Shown here piece by piece: positions 27,898-40,511 of a stretch of DNA of 64,000 nt. This DNA is from Kudoa neothunni. Lineage: Eukaryota > Animalia > Cnidaria. Position 1 is the first letter of the stretch. Each line of letters starts with the position of its first letter. Both the position numbers and the translations under genes were made by a program. The stretch spans positions 2,829,702-2,893,701 of the forward strand of contig OZ199838.1 in the NCBI GenBank assembly GCA_964304625.1, written 5' to 3'. A model generated the notes under the pieces. The model was not told the origin of the DNA, made no database searches, and saw nothing but the letters and a program-made list of their open reading frames with translations.

Positions 27898-29118
27898 CTA
27901 GTAGTTGGTATAACGTTTGCGCGTGAGTTTATTTTTGCTTCGAAGATCATGCTTAACGGACATTCTTGGAAAACAATTGGGACAATACCAAACATTCATT
28001 TGTCGCGCCTTATTGAAATCGACCTTAAGACAGTAACTAAAACAATAAATTTAACCAACCGCTACAGAACATCACCAGAATACCAATGAAACCACACATT
28101 ACAGTTATCACAACAAATCATCTGAGAGAGGATTTTTGGATTTTTTAACTTTTCAATATTGGAAGATTTATTTTTATCAATACAAAGTGGACAGGTGGAT
28201 GAACTACTCTCCAGTTTCCCTCCACTTACATTGTAGCGATGGGACTGAACTGCTCTGTTTTTAATGCTATTACTAATCAAATTAGAACTCATATATGAAG
28301 ATGAAGGAGAATCGCTTGGATCCGTCTGTAACGAATCATCCAAAATTTCCTCGTCCGATCGATAATCCACATGATCAGGATCACTAAAAATATACAATTA
28401 ATCAAGAATCTAATTAATTTATTTCATGTAAAGTAATCAAACGAATAAATGTAAATATGTATATGTATATACAAGGGTTTGCTAGTCCTTTCGTCATTAA
28501 CCAACACAGACATTTTAACATCACTGCCTTTCATTAAAATTTTCAATTTAACAGGTTTGAGTGGCTCCGTTTCAGTATTACTTCTATTGTTGGATATATC
28601 TACACATTGGACATCCATAAAAATGTGGTTGAGCTAATAATATAACCATGAGTGGATTCAATGGCGTATTCAAGTTGTTGATCGGCTGAAACAATTTCTT
28701 CAACTGTTGATGAAATCTCCCGGTGATTTCTGCCTTTGAGTCGATCGTTCGGGATTGGATAATTAGGAACGGTTCTGTATACAAATTCGATATTTCCATA
28801 TTCGTTAATATAATTGATCAGATCCATTTCCGAAACAGACATCATTCTGGTGGCAAACAATACATCAAACACAGTAGCATTAACTCTACCACCTATCAGC
28901 ATATCAATGTGAATTCTGTGATTCAAATCGAGAATGTAAAGAAACAAAATACCCAATTCCATCTCAGATTTAACATAACGACAAATCATATTCAAAAATC
29001 TTTCAGTCAAATCCAATAGCACATATACACCACTGTCCCTGGCCTTTTTCCAGCCGCAAACCATCAGTATCTGACATACGCTCACTTTGAGCAGATTCTG
29101 GCTAGTCTCCAACTCCAT
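27898..29118 (-). CDS. TAF3: TFIID subunit TAF3, compact form (histone fold plus PHD finger)
   Basis: N-terminal histone fold LLKVSVCQILMVCGW..VLLDLTERFL..GR..ATVFDV, with an in-frame 60-nt intron at 28893-28952. C-terminal PHD finger CPLC..MICCDNCNVWFH|CYC..WYCPNC. One T-run frameshift near 28620. Confidence 0.85.
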
Positions 29119-29904
29119 GGTGACTAAAATTTAGGGCATCTACCGTTGGAAATGATGCGCATGATCAATATTAATCCTCGTATTCGTAGTTGGGGCCAAA
29201 CTAAACTATCTGTTATTTGTATTAGAAAAATAGAATCGATTGAATTGACTGTAATAAGATTTTATTTGATATTAAATACAACCATTCAATCCACAAAAGA
29301 TCCTATTTTTTTATATTACTACTCAATAAGATTGGTTAGTAGAATTAATCAAAGATTGACAACTAGCGCAGACTAGAGCCTTGAGTAGGCCAAGCTCATT
29401 TGATGTTCAAAGTAAATTCAGAGTATTTAGATAAATAGTACAAAGATTACCCAATTAACGGGTGGTTTATTTAACAAATTGGACGCATGAACCTTATTTA
29501 TTATTTTAAAAACGAGTAAACACTACTGAGCGTTTGAAGTTCCTATTTAGAGCGCCTAAAATATCGATTTTCTCCTTGTTGTTGACAGTAATCTCTAAAT
29601 CATACCATATGAAAAGGACCAATCTTGTTAACACATCAACAAATGAATTTCATATTAATGCTTGGATACATAACCTAATATTACCTTCATTATTTGAACT
29701 ATTTCAATTACTAAATTACTTTCCAATAATTTTAAAGTAAAATAAACATTATTAGACATTTAAAATTAATTTTTAAAACTTTAACGAAATGACCTATATG
29801 TTTGCATAAATCCTGAAATCATACCACTCATATCAGGTGAAAATGTTTTTAGTCATTTTGCAGGATGCAAACCTTTTATAATTTTTTACGTATTTTTCTG
29901 TGTT

Positions 29905-30022
29905 AAAATAAAATTTTATCTTTCCATGTGTGTGCTTAAATGGAGAGATATATCTCTCTATAAAGGATGAAAAATGCGTACACACTGACACTACTACTTA
30001 TATAGATAGATAGATAGATAGA
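29905..30022 (-). mobile_element. Helitron-like 5' end fragment with (ATAG)n repeat
   Basis: The reverse complement (TCTATATAAGTAGTAGTGTCAGTGTGTACGCA..CCTTTATAGAGAGA) resembles the 5' ends at 17733 and 38299. Confidence 0.5.
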
Positions 30023-30486
30023 TTTAAAAATATGAAACATAAATCTATAATGAGATATGCATGTAAACTTGTTTGAGAAACTAATACTCACTCTGTTCGT
30101 TGTGTTCGTTGCAACGGTTCCTTTAGAATCGATGTGGTAGAAACGGAAAAAGACGTAAGTATTGTTATTTTAATAGGGATTGTTCGAATTCCGAGGAATC
30201 GTTGCTACTGGCATAACCATTTAAATATGTTCCCTATAGACCTTTGTTGTTTTATCAGAGTATATCTCTCTCCATTCCCTTATCTAAATCACCGGTCGCA
30301 CACATGATTCAGATGGGATTATTTTTATTGCAACTATTTTATTTTATGTTGAGATTTATCTGGAAAACGGAATCTTACAATGCGATAAATTTTGGCATAA
30401 CGATAAACGAACTTGAGCAGCAAATCAAGATTTATCCTAATATTTAAAATAATTCTAAAAACTAAAATCTCCATATAAACCAATGC

Positions 30487-32631
30487 TTAAGCAAGCATTT
30501 GAGATAATTTGTGTTTGATGGCAGCGGCTGAGAGTCTGGCTTCCGGATCCTCATTCCAGCACTCTTGAGCAATATCCAAAATAGCACCCAAGTACTAAAA
30601 CCAAATGTTACATAATACACCTTAGTGGTTAATGAACGAGGAGAATTTTACAGGATGCATCTTCCATGTTAGTGGTATTTGAGGGCGACAGTTGTAAGTG
30701 ACTACATGATCTTTCAACATATAGATTGGAGGGTCAACTCCAAGCTCATCTTCAAATGGCATTGTGTATGGCTCACAAAAGTCTAAATGTGTACAGATTG
30801 TAGTAATATATGATGTTTGCTATGTTAGGCGTATATAAAAGCTTAAACAACCTTCAAGATCTGAACATCTGGAAACAAGGTCATAGAGCACAAGAGCAAA
30901 AGCGTAGATATCAATCATCAAAAGAATGTCATGCTTCAGAATAATGCTTCCTTGGATGACTTCAGGGGCCATATAAAGTTTAGTTCCTTCCTATACATGA
31001 ACAATGAATAATGGGCTGATTGAACCGACGCCTTTAATAAAGCAAAATTATTACCTGCTGCAGTTGAAGATGTGTAAGAGTGCAGTCTGAAAAGAAAGGC
31101 ACTGCAAGAGTGAAATCAGTAATACAACATTCGCCATTCAACTTTAAAACTATATTAAATGGATTTAAATCTTTGTGAAGAATATGTGGTTTGGAGTTGG
31201 GCCAGCACTTATTGCAAGAATGTAAATATTCGAGCCCAGATATGATGGAGTAGGCCATTTTGTGAAGTTCATCAGAGCTGACTGTATTTTCAACCAAATA
31301 GAAATACAATGAGCCGAGTGGATGATATTCTAGAGTTAAATGATGATAATACAGCCTATCATTGATGAAGCTGGTAGTCTATAGAACCAAATCGATCAGA
31401 AATGAATGAATGAATGAATGAATGAAAAAACTCACAAATGAAGACTCAAAAAATATAGCAATGTTAAGGTCGGATCGGATTTGAGAAATGTCGTTTGCCC
31501 CTACTCCAAAACATTGACTAACATTGGGATGAATCAAAGGGAAGTTGGTCAAAACATTGACTTCATTTTTCCAATATTTGATGAAATCGTTATGAAAAAA
31601 CTTTATTAGGACTCGACAGGATTGGCTGATTTCATTGTTCTGTAGATGCCCATACCAAAATTCACCATACTTGAAATTGGTTAATTTGGACGACACTATT
31701 ACATATCTATTTAGGTTATTGCTAAAAATGTCATCCTCCTCGCTTGTATTCTTCGAACCATGAGAATTGGCGCTCTGCGGATTGTAATCACTAGATTTGT
31801 CTACATCATCTTCAGAGTCTTTTCCCGGATGATAACAGTTCAAGTTGTCCGAATGAGCTTGCTCAACAAGCAGACGATTACCATTGGCAGTCAGTTGGGT
31901 GGCATTTTCATGCACTTTTGGAAACTTGGTAGTTCGTACGAGTCTGCTGAAATTATAATTGTGGATAACAACGCCTACCACCACGCCTACAAATAATAAC
32001 ACAATCCAAGTGGAATTGATTGACAACCAAACAGTTTGAGCATGTTTGTCTGGCACAAATAGTGGATGATCTTTTTTTCGATGATTAAAATTAGGATAGG
32101 AGGTTGCTAAATCGAAATAACCAATTGCCACAACAACATCAAAGCCTACATTCAGCTGTGGTCACCAGTTCATTGTTACATCCACTTTTGTGACAGCAAC
32201 AAAATTCCCTGATCAAATTCTGTTTTGTTTTCACGTTTGGATCGGGTCCTGTTTTAACAACAGGAAGCGAGGTGCCACATTCTTTGAAACATTCGATATT
32301 CGAATCGTAACAACCAGCTTGATAGATAGTATAGGAATAGGTTTTTGGATCCACCTCCCACAAACCATAACAATTTGGTACAGTATTCTTCTTGAAATAA
32401 CATTTTTTCGGTTGTGTGCAGTTGTAATTTGAACAACTGTGACATTCCACATAAGCTTTAGGGTTTCTCACGTCATCGAAGTTATTTTCACCGATAGCTA
32501 TAAAATAAAATCATATATACATGTTTGTTAATTGTGTATATTTGGTAGAATCACGTACGCAAATCCAGACTCACATTGCCAAACGAACACAACCATAAAA
32601 GCAGAATTTTCTTGACAATTATAGTTTCCAT
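30487..32631 (-). CDS. TGF-beta superfamily type II receptor Ser/Thr kinase (ACVR2/BMPR2-like)
   Basis: Signal-like exon 1, Cys-rich ectodomain with Cys box CCCHKSGCN, one transmembrane helix and no GS box. Kinase motifs: GLEYLH, KPHILHKDLN, CCITDFTLA, GTKLYMAPEV, IDIYAFALV, ECWNEDPEARLSA. Confidence 0.9.
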
Positions 32632-35600
32632 AAATATCGACGTTAACCACATAGTGCGATACTCTAAAATGCTCTCAATGAAAGAGATCAACCAAGTTTT
32701 GAATAACTACTTAGGTTTTACTATTTGAATTAATTGTGATGCAGCAAATTCTTCTCTTTGTAAAGATTATCAAATAAAGCACCATACAAATTGTAGTTTG
32801 TTGGTCACACGCTATATATCTAATTATCAGGATGTGTTAGATTCAATTCAAAATCGCTAGTACCAATTGTCGAACTTCAAATTGAGATTATCGATTGCCG
32901 AGTGAACACTGCTTAAATAATCTTTTGGTCAGGATGAAAGTCATCTATTAGTCGAATTTATTCATTTAGAGGTAACGTTGGAGATTTAGTGGCAAAACAG
33001 GTGCTAATACCACGATTCGAACCACACACCAACAGCTTCGAGGGTCAATGTCTTAGTTCAATATACGCGCATGCATCCAACATTTAAAATAATTATAATT
33101 TCTCTAATTAATCGAGCATATTAATTGCAATTCATACATCTATGTAGCCACCGTCTAGCTAAACTTTAGCGGAATTATTTACGATGCGTATACACACCCA
33201 GAATTAAAAACATTAGTAAAATATGCAAAATCTTAACATGTCTTTTTTATTTTTTTAATAGATTTTTGCAGGCGTATTTTTCTATTTAAAGTTATCGTCT
33301 CAGTTTCGTCAATTATAATTTTAAACGGAACATATCGTTAGGTTTTAACGCTTTAACTTGTTTAAATCGTCTCTTTAACTTTTGGTCGATATATACAAAG
33401 TTTTAAAGTTCTAAGCAGTCTCAAAATTTAGATTCTACTTAATTATACGAGCTGAGTGAATAGTAGATTAGAGACCTAAGAAGCCGTGAAATGCCGGAGG
33501 AAAATCGCCGGTATCAGTTTTTGTAGAGAATAATAAAATCGAGATTTCACATTAGAGCTCAATAAGTGGCGAAAAAAGACTAATCAAACGTTAAAAATGA
33601 ATTATTTCATTGCCAGACAATGTTTTTCATATTACAGATTCTGGAAATAAAACCATATAAAATTAATTTTGATTTATTTAATGTTTGCTGCTCTGCACAA
33701 AATAATTAATTAAGAAATTAAAGGTTAATATTTATGCGCCACTGAATCATTTTCTTTATTCACCTTAAAAGAAAACCAACTTTTGCGCTTTTATAGAATC
33801 AGATTGGTATCATACAGGGGCAGTTTAAATATTCATCATAAGTATTAACCCTCAAAGCAACGCTGCTTGATTCTTTTTAATTGCCGCATCCTTCTCAGAA
33901 AAGAAGTTTAAAAATAGACTTAACATTAAAAAGTAAAGATATTTCTACTAAAATTACGTTGGAGGAAAATCAGTCTATTTTGACTAGAAAACAAATGTAA
34001 ATAAAATAAATACAACCGATAATAAAATTAAGGTTTTGATATTTTCCTGGTCTTATTTTCACAATGATTCGGTAAAAACGAATCTCTTTACCAGATAAAC
34101 ATATACTTAAATCATAATTTGTAAATGAATTAGATATATTAATATTTTAGTATGACAAAAGATTTTAATAAGTGCACATGCGCGTAATGTTCATTTTGCT
34201 GTATTTCGGTTTTAATTATAAATTTAAAATTACGTCAGAAAATAAACATGCTATCTAAATTTTAATTTAATGTTTTAGTTTATATAATTTCTAGGTGAAA
34301 ATTAATTCTAAATTAAGGTATAAAAATCTAACATTTTACCTAAAATAGATAATAAACCTATGGAATTAATTTCTTCATTATAGCGGAGTTTAATCGCTAA
34401 TCGAATTTAAAATATTTTTAAAAACAATGTGTAAAGTATTTTTATTATATTTAAAGTAAATAATGTAACTTCGAAAAGGGATAATGAGAACAATGTGGAT
34501 GGCATTTAAATATTTTTTCTAAAAAACTGTGGACTTAATTACCAAATACGAATTGATTTCTTTTATACATATATCCCGGGAGTCTAATATCACTGATCAA
34601 ATTGATGTTAAATCAAATATACACGATCCGACAGAATCTTGGAGGAATCCGACCAACGACAATCAATTATAACAAAATAATTAAATTTTGCTTTATTTCG
34701 GTTTAATGAATCAATAATTATTGATTAATAATAAACTAAAATATTTATCTCTAAAATTTGCGAGAAACGCATATAATAGTTCGGATGGATTAACTCATTC
34801 ATTAAATCTTATATGAAATGTTTGAAAATAATCATACACTACATTAATCTCGAAACATTAGTAAGTTTTGTTTTATGTACATGCAATCTAATGGTTATAT
34901 GGATGTTTTATATGTTTAAAGTTTAAACGAATCTTCACATATACAAAAATGAAAATTGCCGTAGGAAGCGATTGATTTTGCTCTTCTGCAAAGGAATATT
35001 TTATTTTATATTCCTAAAATCTATAATATTTTAATTTATTTGTTGTCATAAATGACTTATAAGTTTTCTTTATTATAATGTGGAAAACAGCGGTTTTAAA
35101 AATCCGATAGTAAATATCTTCCATTATTAATTAAATATCTTTTAAGTTTAGCAAGAGAGAACCGCAAAAAAATTTATAAACTAAAACATCATTATTGATT
35201 ATTGAAAATGATGTTTGATTGTAAAAATTTTAAAATGGTATTAGTGTAATTATAATTTATAAATAATAAATATTAAAATGAGAATAATATATTTGAAAAA
35301 ATAACATCTTTTAGATTTAATTATCATGTTTTTCTGTCACAATTGAAAATCAACATGTATAAACCCGTTTTTTATAAAAATATTTTATTACTTTCTTCAA
35401 CTGTGATAGGATTTAATTTGATCATTGTTGAAAAAAAATTAAATTAAAATAAATATAAACGAGTGTATAAGATGAAATCACAAAATATCAAAATTAAATT
35501 AAATGTAAAATAACACCTTCATTCTTAACGCGCGCGCCATTATATGTCATGGTTCTTACGTGGATCATTTGCTTTTTCTTACCCAACCGAACCTTGATAA

Positions 35601-36589
35601 ATCCAAATCTGTTTATAATTTAATTCCAAAAATTAGATTTAAAAGAAAAATCTATCGCAATTAATTCGGAAAGAACACCATACTAGATACACAAGATTAT
35701 CAAGCTTATCTTTAATTCTCAACCCTTAAAGTTGTAATAAATCCAACGAGGTGGTTGTACCATTATTAATCAGTTAGATCATGCTGAACATTTTAAGACT
35801 CAAACGGATTGAATGGCTTCTATCCAGTGATGGATGGGATATCCAAAATTGTAAAATATACCTAGAAATATGCTTTTATAACAAGTTTTCCAAAGAACAA
35901 ATGTTAAATAGTTTGTTTTTAAGAAAATAATTGAGTTTTATACTGCACACACGCGCAACTACATGGATATTGCGCGCAGAATATGTAATGCGTACCTTTT
36001 CGCCATTCCCCGGTAAAGTGCGCAATAACCGCTGTTGACTGTATTGCGTCAATTTAAATCGTTATTCAGCCAATAAATATAAGCTTTCATTTAAATACAA
36101 TTTAATATTGAAATAAAATAAAGATATTGTTCGTTAATATCCAATTAATTGTCTCTAAAAACTAACACGTTCTTAATCGGCTGAATGAAAAATTTAAAAT
36201 TGTGATTTCGTTCATTTTTATTTGTAACAATTTTTGTTCGAGGGATCGAACAGGGACGAATCTTACGAGTTTGCCGTTCCTGGTAGTATGGTTGTCTCAC
36301 TCTAATAATTGGACACCATGATGAATGCTGTGGGGAAATAATATGCGACTCAGGGTTGCTTCGTATTTTATTAACGGTTGTGCAGGAGGTGGATAAAGGA
36401 GTTATGACGCCAACAAACTTCATTACAACCTTTACAGCAAACGTAACCCCCTACAATGATTTATCAATCAACACATTATAAAAGCTAAGCGTTCCATTTT
36501 TTTAAATAAAGCAACTAATCAAGAGGTTTACACCGCAATAATAAAAACTTATATACTTAATATAAATTTCTCAAACCTCATTATTAAAA

Positions 36590-36901
36590 GTGACCAACTA
36601 TGGTAGTCATTCTAATTTATTAACTATAGACATATCCACTTCAGACACCAAAACCACTAAAGAAATTCGTTCAAACGAGTCTTTGGAAATAGTCGTTTCC
36701 GAAATGACCAATAAAATCAGTCATTTAACGAAAAAAACTATAGAACAATTTACAAACATACCAACACCTTTCACAACAAAATAAACGAGACCTATCCCTC
36801 TGCATGTTTTCATTCGTTTATCATCCCAATACTACTTCAAACAAAATAAGAGTTTCTTAACAAATTGTTAAAAACTGACCAACAAAAAATATTGCTAGCT
36901 T

Positions 36902-36937
<36 letters not shown>

Positions 36938-37640
36938 ATTCACGCACATATCACAAACTATTCTAATTCTGTATGGTCCCACTGGAAGAAATGGGAAAAC
37001 TACAATCATCAAAATAATAGAAAAATTCTTCTGGAATTTTGACCACACTATCCCGTCTGGGTTGCTTATGTTTAATAAAAACCATGAATCCACAACGAAC
37101 AATATGGATCCGAGAATCGCACCATTTCTGAGCGAAAAAATAGCCACAATGGGTGAAACAAAGCAAAAATAATTCTTTCAACGAACAATTTACCCTCATT
37201 TTCAATCTTGGATAAGGCGGATTCGGATTGTGAATTTTCCATTCCAATTTAAAGGAAAAATTGAATGTGACATGGAAAATTTACTCCAAGAGTTAACTAC
37301 CAATGTCTGCATGTCGGAATTATTCGACATAATAAATAAACTCAGATAGATTTAAAGAATCCAAAATATGAGATTCAGTGTTTTACAAAATTTCGAGGAA
37401 AAATTTTCCAAATTTTTGAAACAACATGTCACCCTAAGTGACAATAAAAATGAGTAGATCGTTTTTGTAGGCCTAATGAAATTGTACGATGAGGAAATAT
37501 CGAAAAATAATCGTGCCAACCTCTATAAACAGCACCGCTATGAATTTTGTTGTCACCTTAGGTCGATGGGTTTAGACCCCTTCGAGACTATATCTAGAGT
37601 CAACGGGATTTCAAAAAATGCAAATACCAATAACTATTAT
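36590..37640 (+). pseudogene. Decayed D5/P4-type primase-helicase (SF3 helicase) of probable viral or mobile-element origin
   Basis: ILILYGPTGRNGKTTIIKII (Walker A, 36975-37004), DPRIAPFLSEKIATMGE (Walker B region), STNNLP (motif C), RRIRIVNFPFQF (Arg finger) and KFSKFLKQHV..LMKLY (C-terminal). Intronless, with stops and frameshifts. Confidence 0.75.
36906..36933. repeat. (GA)n microsatellite inside the helicase relic
   Basis: Direct reading of the sequence. Confidence 0.9.
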
Positions 37641-37751
37641 TATTATTATTATAAACAATTACTAGATGCGTTTTGATTTGTGTTATGTCATGAAAAATTA
37701 TTGTTTCTATTGTGCGTTCACATGTCCAAATTAATATGTATACTATGTGTA

Positions 37752-37926
37752 CAGTAGGTGACGGGTCGTAAATTTGAACTAATTCTTATATACAGCAAAT
37801 AAAAACAAAAACTAAGATTTTAATAATTTATTAAATTGTTATGCTTTCATTCGATTCATTTTACTTAGTAATAGTATTGTGTTAGTCATTTATTCGTGGC
37901 AGGTACCCACTCGCCGTCACCTACTG
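37752..37926. mobile_element. pogo-type MITE, 175 bp
   Basis: 13-bp TIR CAGTAGGTGACGG with TA on both sides. Confidence 0.8.
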
Positions 37927-38298
37927 TATATATATATATATATATATAATGTTCACAATCTTGTTGTTTTGTTAGGAAACTCCCAATAAATAATCAAAAC
38001 CTATATGTAATTGTTAAGTATTTGTTTATGTACTCATAAACTTAGCGAAAGTTTGAACATTTACGCTAATCTGAACGCGGTCCATTTTAATCTGTGTTTT
38101 TCTCTGCACTGCCTGCTTACATAATACATAACAGTAATTAATTAACGACCATTAACTGGAGATGAAGTTGCAATAACAAAATAAAAATTGATTATATTAA
38201 TTGTCTTATATATATATATTTACAAAATTAGACCATATATGTCAAATTAAATTGAGTATTTCACGTTATAACAACATGTATCAACGTTTACAATGATG

Positions 38299-39330
38299 TC
38301 TACTATATATATAAAGCTGAAGTGCCCGTGTGTGTGCCAAAATTTTTTCCTTATCGAGAGACATTTAGAAATTTTTTAAAAATCACAGTGCTTCGAAAAA
38401 TCTTTAAATCATTTTCACACTACCACGTGTTTCCAAAAGTGTTTAGAAAATGGTGATTTTGTCGATTCAAGTTAGTTTATTCGATTACTGGAGTTCAACA
38501 AAGGATTAACACCGGCTTATGTCATCGTGAAGATCGGTTGAAGTTAACATTCTCCCTTATATGCTGTATATAATGTCAATTAAGCAATTCCATCTATATA
38601 TCCGTATGTATGTATAAGTTTGGCGTTCCTGTTTAGATGTTTGTGCATATTCACTCCTTATTTGTGGAGTTTTAACGTATTTGACTTGATAAACATATTT
38701 TGAAGGTTCTATTAATGGTTTTAGATATTATAAAAAATCTATATATGTTTCATGAGTAACGAATTGATGGAGAACTTTAAAATTACATTGATTGAAGCAT
38801 TATAATGGAAATACTGCATTCGTAGATTTAATTGAAATTGTCCGCTAAGTTTAACTTCCCGTGATTAAATTCAATTCAGATGGTTGTACGTTTATTTCGT
38901 TCGATTATTCATATTGTTTATGTCGAAGTTGACCCGATTTCTGGCTGTTTTTGGGGAAAAAATGCGTTATGATCTTGCGGGGCCAAGAGATATTAATCTG
39001 AGTAATAAAAATTAATTTTCGTCTATCTTCTTCTAACTCTATATCTTTTCCTATTTATTTGTCTCTCGTAAACAGTGGTGCACAAACTTTATGAGCCGGA
39101 CCAAAAATAACGTTTAGAGTAACATTTTAACGGGATTTAGATAATTCGGGAGTGCAAAAAAATACGACACTGACGTTATATTATTTAGTTTTGGTGCAGA
39201 GCGCTGAAACTTTGAAATGAACGCCGTGATAGATACACTCCTTCACAGAAATGATCATAGTTAAAAATTCGACATCAAAATCGTTGAAAGTATGTCACTT
39301 AAAATTTTTTAGTTATTTTTCATCTATGGA
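38299..39330 (+). mobile_element. Non-autonomous Helitron-like element, copy 2 (3' truncated)
   Basis: 5' TCTACTATATATATAAAGCTGAAG. Shares blocks such as GGATTAACACCGGCTTATG, CGGTTGAAGTTAACA and AACGTATTTGACTTGATAA with copy 1. Confidence 0.72.
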
Positions 39331-39600
39331 AGTTAAAATGCAGAATAGTGGCCAAATTTTCCGATTAAATGGTATCACCTATGGAAATAACTACGAGGGG
39401 CTCGCAGTTATTTATGATAGATTATAGCAAATATTATCGATAACAAATACAGTGTCGAAAATAACCTACTGGTGGTGAAAAAATGATAAATTCAAAAAAT
39501 TAAAATAATCCACAGGTTAGATTTTTATTGTGGTCGCTGATTTGGATTACGACCAGTATTCTTCATTTTAGACGGCATAAGTTAAATGATTAAGTCAATA

Positions 39601-39801
39601 CAGTGGGTGAGGGGTAATACGCACTTTCGGTTTTTGATATAGAATTTACTACTTGTTGAATATATTACTTCAGTTGGCGTTTATAAACTTAATGTAATTT
39701 AGTTTTAAACCTGAGAAATAATTTTCAGACAAAAATTCAACAGAATATTGTAATTTAAAGGCATTGTTGGCTAATTCGCACTTTTTCCCCTTCACCCACT
39801 G
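39601..39801. mobile_element. pogo-type MITE, about 200 bp
   Basis: TIRs CAGTGGGTGAGGGG and CAGTGGGTGAAGGGG, with TA on the left and CA on the right. Confidence 0.72.
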
Positions 39802-39838
39802 CATAAAGCGATCGGACAAAAAAGGAAAAATTAATATG

Positions 39839-39879
<41 letters not shown>

Positions 39880-40511
39880 TTTGTATTTATTCTTTGAAAT
39901 CATCAATTATAATTTTTAACCATTATTTGATTAACAATGTTTGAAATGAGTAATTCAGCAGATTGAACCCACATGCTCGTTGTACGTTAATGATTAAAAA
40001 CAATATTATACAAGTTAATATAAAATTATGTATCATGTAATTAAAGAAGAATAAGAAAGAATTAATAATCAGAAATAAAGTTTTATAATCCTGCTTATCG
40101 GCTTAGTAACTAACTGTCCACATGTTTCAGATTAGAATAAATTTTATAAACGTTGGTCGTTGACCTAAAAAAATATAATAATATCTCATGTCTAGAAATA
40201 TAAAATGATCAACTTTGAACATATGTATAATTTCAAAAAAGATCTCTAAATATGAAAAAATTATAATAATCATTTTTATATATTTTCCATAAAGTGAAGC
40301 CATTATTTAAAATTTATATACAAGAATTTAATAAGAAACGAAAACATCCCAAACTATAACGCAGAATATATGTTAAAATATCTAATTTTATTTAGCAGAG
40401 AGATTAGTATAAAGATAAATTTTATTTGGGATATGACGCTATAAAGCAACTAGAAACCTGTTGAATATAACCTAGTATGTGATTAAAAGTCGAAATTTAT
40501 TGTAAATTATC

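Noticed and set aside
32998-33078. Minus-strand tRNA-like sequence with B-box GGTTCGAATC
   Set aside because: No convincing A-box or acceptor stem pairing. At best a decayed SINE head or tRNA pseudogene.
33845-35400. Possible very old piggyBac relic starting TTAACCCTC
   Set aside because: No matching right end, and the motifs are too eroded to support.
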